NCBI GenBank assembly: GCA_965178125.1
Contig: OZ237753.1
Location: forward strand, 868,001-932,000
DNA length: 64,000 nucleotides
Source of the DNA: Bilabrum cf. latius
Lineage: Eukaryota
Direction of reading: 5' to 3'
The position numbers and the translations under genes are program-made. Below, piece by piece: positions 60,901 through 64,000 of the stretch (position 1 is its first letter; each line of letters opens with the position of its first letter). A model generated the notes under the pieces. The model had not been told where the DNA came from and made no database searches. It was given only the letters and a program-made list of their open reading frames with translations.

Positions 60901-63599
60901 AACTTGGCCACGATCAGCTTGTTCTGGTCGAACGTGTGCCGCACCGCACCCGGGCGCACGATGGGCTTCCCGTCCGTCCCGATCGGCCGCTGCATCCAGA
61001 GGTCGTCCTCGGCGGTGGGCACGTCCAGCCGCGGGCCCTCCATGTCGTCCTTCCCGTCCTCCATGCCCAGAGAGGTCATGTCGTCCCAGCGAGCCAGACG
61101 ACGGGCCTTGTGCGCGGCGCGCGTCTCCCGGGCCGTGGACCGCTTGCGGATGATCGAGTTGTACTTGTCCTTGTGCCCATGCTTGGCAGCGAGGTCGCCC
61201 AGCGTGTACGTGTAGGCCTGGTCCGTGGTCACCGACCCGGCGTGCACCGTGTCATCTTCCTCGGCCAGGCGCTCCCACGGCAAGGGCTTGACTCGCTTGC
61301 TGCCACCGAGGCCCGCCGTGGTCCCGGCCTGGCCACCGGCCGCCGTTCCTCCCCCAGCCAGCCCCCCACCGGCCCCCATGCGCGCCATGGTGGCCGCACC
61401 CATGGCAGCAGCCGTGGCAGCCGTCACGTCCTCGTCCTGGATCGAGGTCTCGGTCGGCAGCACCGTGCCCTTGTACCCTGGGATCGCCTTGAGCGCCCTC
61501 TGCGCGCTCTCCCTGTCCCCGGGCACCACCTGCAGCTGAGGCTTGTGGTCGGACAGCGGCAGACCGGGGCCCCTGGATCGTCTGAGCAGCCCGTCCGGCC
61601 CCGGCGGCGGCTGCTTGACCGCGTGACCCTCCAGCCTCATCTCCACGTCGACGAGGCCCTGGGCCCCCACTATGTGCATCCTGCGGCGGTGCACGCCAAG
61701 GCTGTGCGGGAGGAATGTCACGAGCACCTTCTGCGACCCCAGCGGCTGCACGCTGCCCTTCCGCGGCTTGATCCCGTAGTGCGCGGGGGCCTCTGCCCTC
61801 CACGGCATGGGCACTGACTCGCTGGGGTTCCTCAGGCGCACCCACACGTCCCTCCTCGCACCCACAGCGCAGGGCCCGAAAAACACGTCTCGGTGGCTGA
61901 CCTCCAGCGAGGGCCGTACCAGCATGCCGCGCACAGGCAGGACAACCCTCTGCTTGGTGGCCGCGCTCAGCAGGAGGATCTCCTGGGTCACGGCCTCCTG
62001 CAGCGGAGGGGGCACGAACCGCGCCAGCTCGTCTGGGAGTGCATCTGATCCGCTCGACGCGCCTGGGGCCAGCCCTCCCACCGGCACAGCTGCCCCCATG
62101 TCCTCGCCAGGACCCCCTTCCCCGCCCTTGCCTTCCTGCTCCCCGGCAGTCGCCGCCCCCGTCGCGCCTTTGCCTCCTCCTCCTCCTCCTCCGCCCCCGG
62201 ACACGAGCGTTCTTCCCATCGAGGCCGCCCGCTGGCTGAGGCCCAGCACCTTCCGCGCCTGCGCCTTGAACGGGACCGGCTTCTTCCGCTCCACCGGCCG
62301 GAAGGTGACTAGCAGCTCCTGCTGGCCCAGCGAGGGAACAGTGGCCTCATCCGGTGTGACGATCACGTCCCTCTAGCCAGGACCCAGAGACACCGCGCCA
62401 CCGGAGCCGGACCCACCCGCGCCAGCACCCGCACCCGCGCCTGCGCCTGCCCCGCCGTCGCCCCCCTGCACCAGCCCCTCTGCGGGGTCAAACACCTCTG
62501 CCTCCCCCGGCTTTCTCCTCCTAAACTGCTTGTCCACGGCAACTCGGAAAGAGGCCTCCTCGGGTCCGTTGTTCACCACGAGCAGCTTGAGCGTCCGCTC
62601 CCTACCCACCATGACCGGCTCGAAGGCGACCTCGTCCACCTGCCCCTTGCCCTCGGGCCACACCACTTCTAGAGAGTGCGCCAGGACACTGGCGCTCACA
62701 TCCACTGCGATGGGAGGCGCCCTGGATCCCTCCACCTCCAGCGTGGCAAGCGCCCTGAACACGTCCACTCGGTCTGCGTCCAAAGTGACCACCACCTCGT
62801 CCGTCGGCGCGCTGCTCCTAACCCTCCGCTGCTGCGCGGGAGTCACTGCCTCGTTGAGGTTCAGGCCCGCCGCCACGGGGTTGGCGGGGAGCTCCCCCTC
62901 GCTGGGGGAGAAGCTCAGGGGCAGCTCGCTGTCCCACCGGAGCCGCCAGCGAGACCCCGCCTGGCCGAGGCTGGCGATGCGCAGCCTGCGCTGCACCTTT
63001 CTGCCCACAGTCACATGCCCGAAATCCACCGTCGGGGATACCGGCTCGATCCGGGGGCAGGGCGCCAGGCCCAGCACAGGCACTCGAACCTCAAGGTCGC
63101 CGGACACGACCCGCACCTCGTCGCGGACGTCACGGCCATCCTTGTCCACCTCGATGAGCACCTCTACTGTCTGTTCTAGCCCAGGGGCGATGCCAGCGGT
63201 CGGCTTGTAGTTGGCCCGGATGTTAGGGTGTGTCGGGGGCACCACAGCGATGCGTCGCCGTCGGCTTCCAGAATTTTGAAGGCGAATCTCGGAGCGAAAT
63301 GACAGGCCCGGACGAATGCCGTGAAACACAATAGCTGCCGGAAATACGTGCAGCGGCCCAGCTTTGGCGGTTTCCCGTGTGGCGGCAGTCAGCACGTCAA
63401 TGTCGCCGATAGAGGGTGCGCCGTCCTGCAGTACCTATCTTGGAAGCAGCCGTGACCTCCGCACCTAACTGCTGTCATCTCCAGTGACACTTGACTGACT
63501 ATGAGCCTTCCCGCGCCCTGCCGAACTTTGGACGCTCCCTGAACTATTCGGATAGCGAGATCCGGCACCTGAGCCCGAGCTTGCCCTGGATTGGGACAT
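51996..63599 (-). CDS. CFAP47: Cilia- and flagella-associated protein 47 (multiple ASH/Ig-like domains + calponin-homology domain), apparently intronless, ~3,867 aa
   Basis: Repeated xDFGxV...NxG ASH motifs; CH domain ELVLLRWAQYH...DLRDGTV; LHLYRTIPQLVPRQTIRF...IELSNPS; C-terminal FAPREYGK; TAG at 63465, 63435, 62373, 60822, 60303, 59247, 53181; ends TAA. Confidence 0.88.
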
Positions 63600-64000
63600 C
63601 ACTATAATGCAGTGAAACGATTGGAAGTGTAATTAATATGAAATTATTGCTGGAAAGTAGATTGCTTTCCCGATACGCCTCAGCCGTGCCGGTCCGCGGC
63701 CAGATAGCGGTGCCAACGGACACGCCAAAAAAATGGAGCCTAACAACGAACCTTCGATTCACTGCACGGGGTTCGGCGGCGTCCAAGTCACTCAAACGGC
63801 ACAATATAGATGGCAAGTTCCTGATTATGTGAGCCTGAGTCCATAAAGATGAAATAATTCAGCGATCGTGTTGGTGAATTGACCCGCAAATGACCCTGGA
63901 GCGCGAATTTGACTCGAGAATACGCATAAAACCGCCGCCTTTGGGTTGATATTGCCGCTCTGTTAGAAGAGAAAATAGCGAACGGTGCATTTCATCATTT

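Noticed and set aside
6853-63599. In-frame TAGs as pseudogenisation or C-to-T damage (CAG to TAG)
   Set aside because: Deamination or decay would also produce CGA to TGA, CAA to TAA and frameshifts. None was seen in more than 45 kb of coding frame, and catalytic motifs are intact.

Overview
Gene-dense, GC-rich, intron-poor nuclear DNA of a flagellated microbial eukaryote (GT-AG introns, fimbrins, G-protein beta, CFAP47, ARMC2; lineage not determinable from this window). The main result is a non-standard nuclear genetic code. About 60-65 in-frame TAG codons interrupt otherwise intact genes, with the same frame resuming immediately afterwards. Examples are 12 in a ~3,575-aa cadherin-like receptor and 7 each in CFAP47 and ARMC2. 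At conserved positions (G-beta SAS*DGKL and R*E; prolyl oligopeptidase S-K-*-T-K, A*D, LN*) the TAG aligns with Gln. I found no internal TAA or TGA in any exon, and the recognisable genes end in TAA or TGA. UAG therefore appears to encode Gln while UAA stays a stop, a rare decoupling. Re-reading with this code gives about 24 genes. These include a tandem fimbrin pair with signs of patchy gene conversion and a giant RCC1/cadherin/Cys-rich single-pass protein carrying six copies of a ~115-aa repeat I do not recognise and an 11x30-bp coding minisatellite. All translations and family calls were made by eye; no searches were run.
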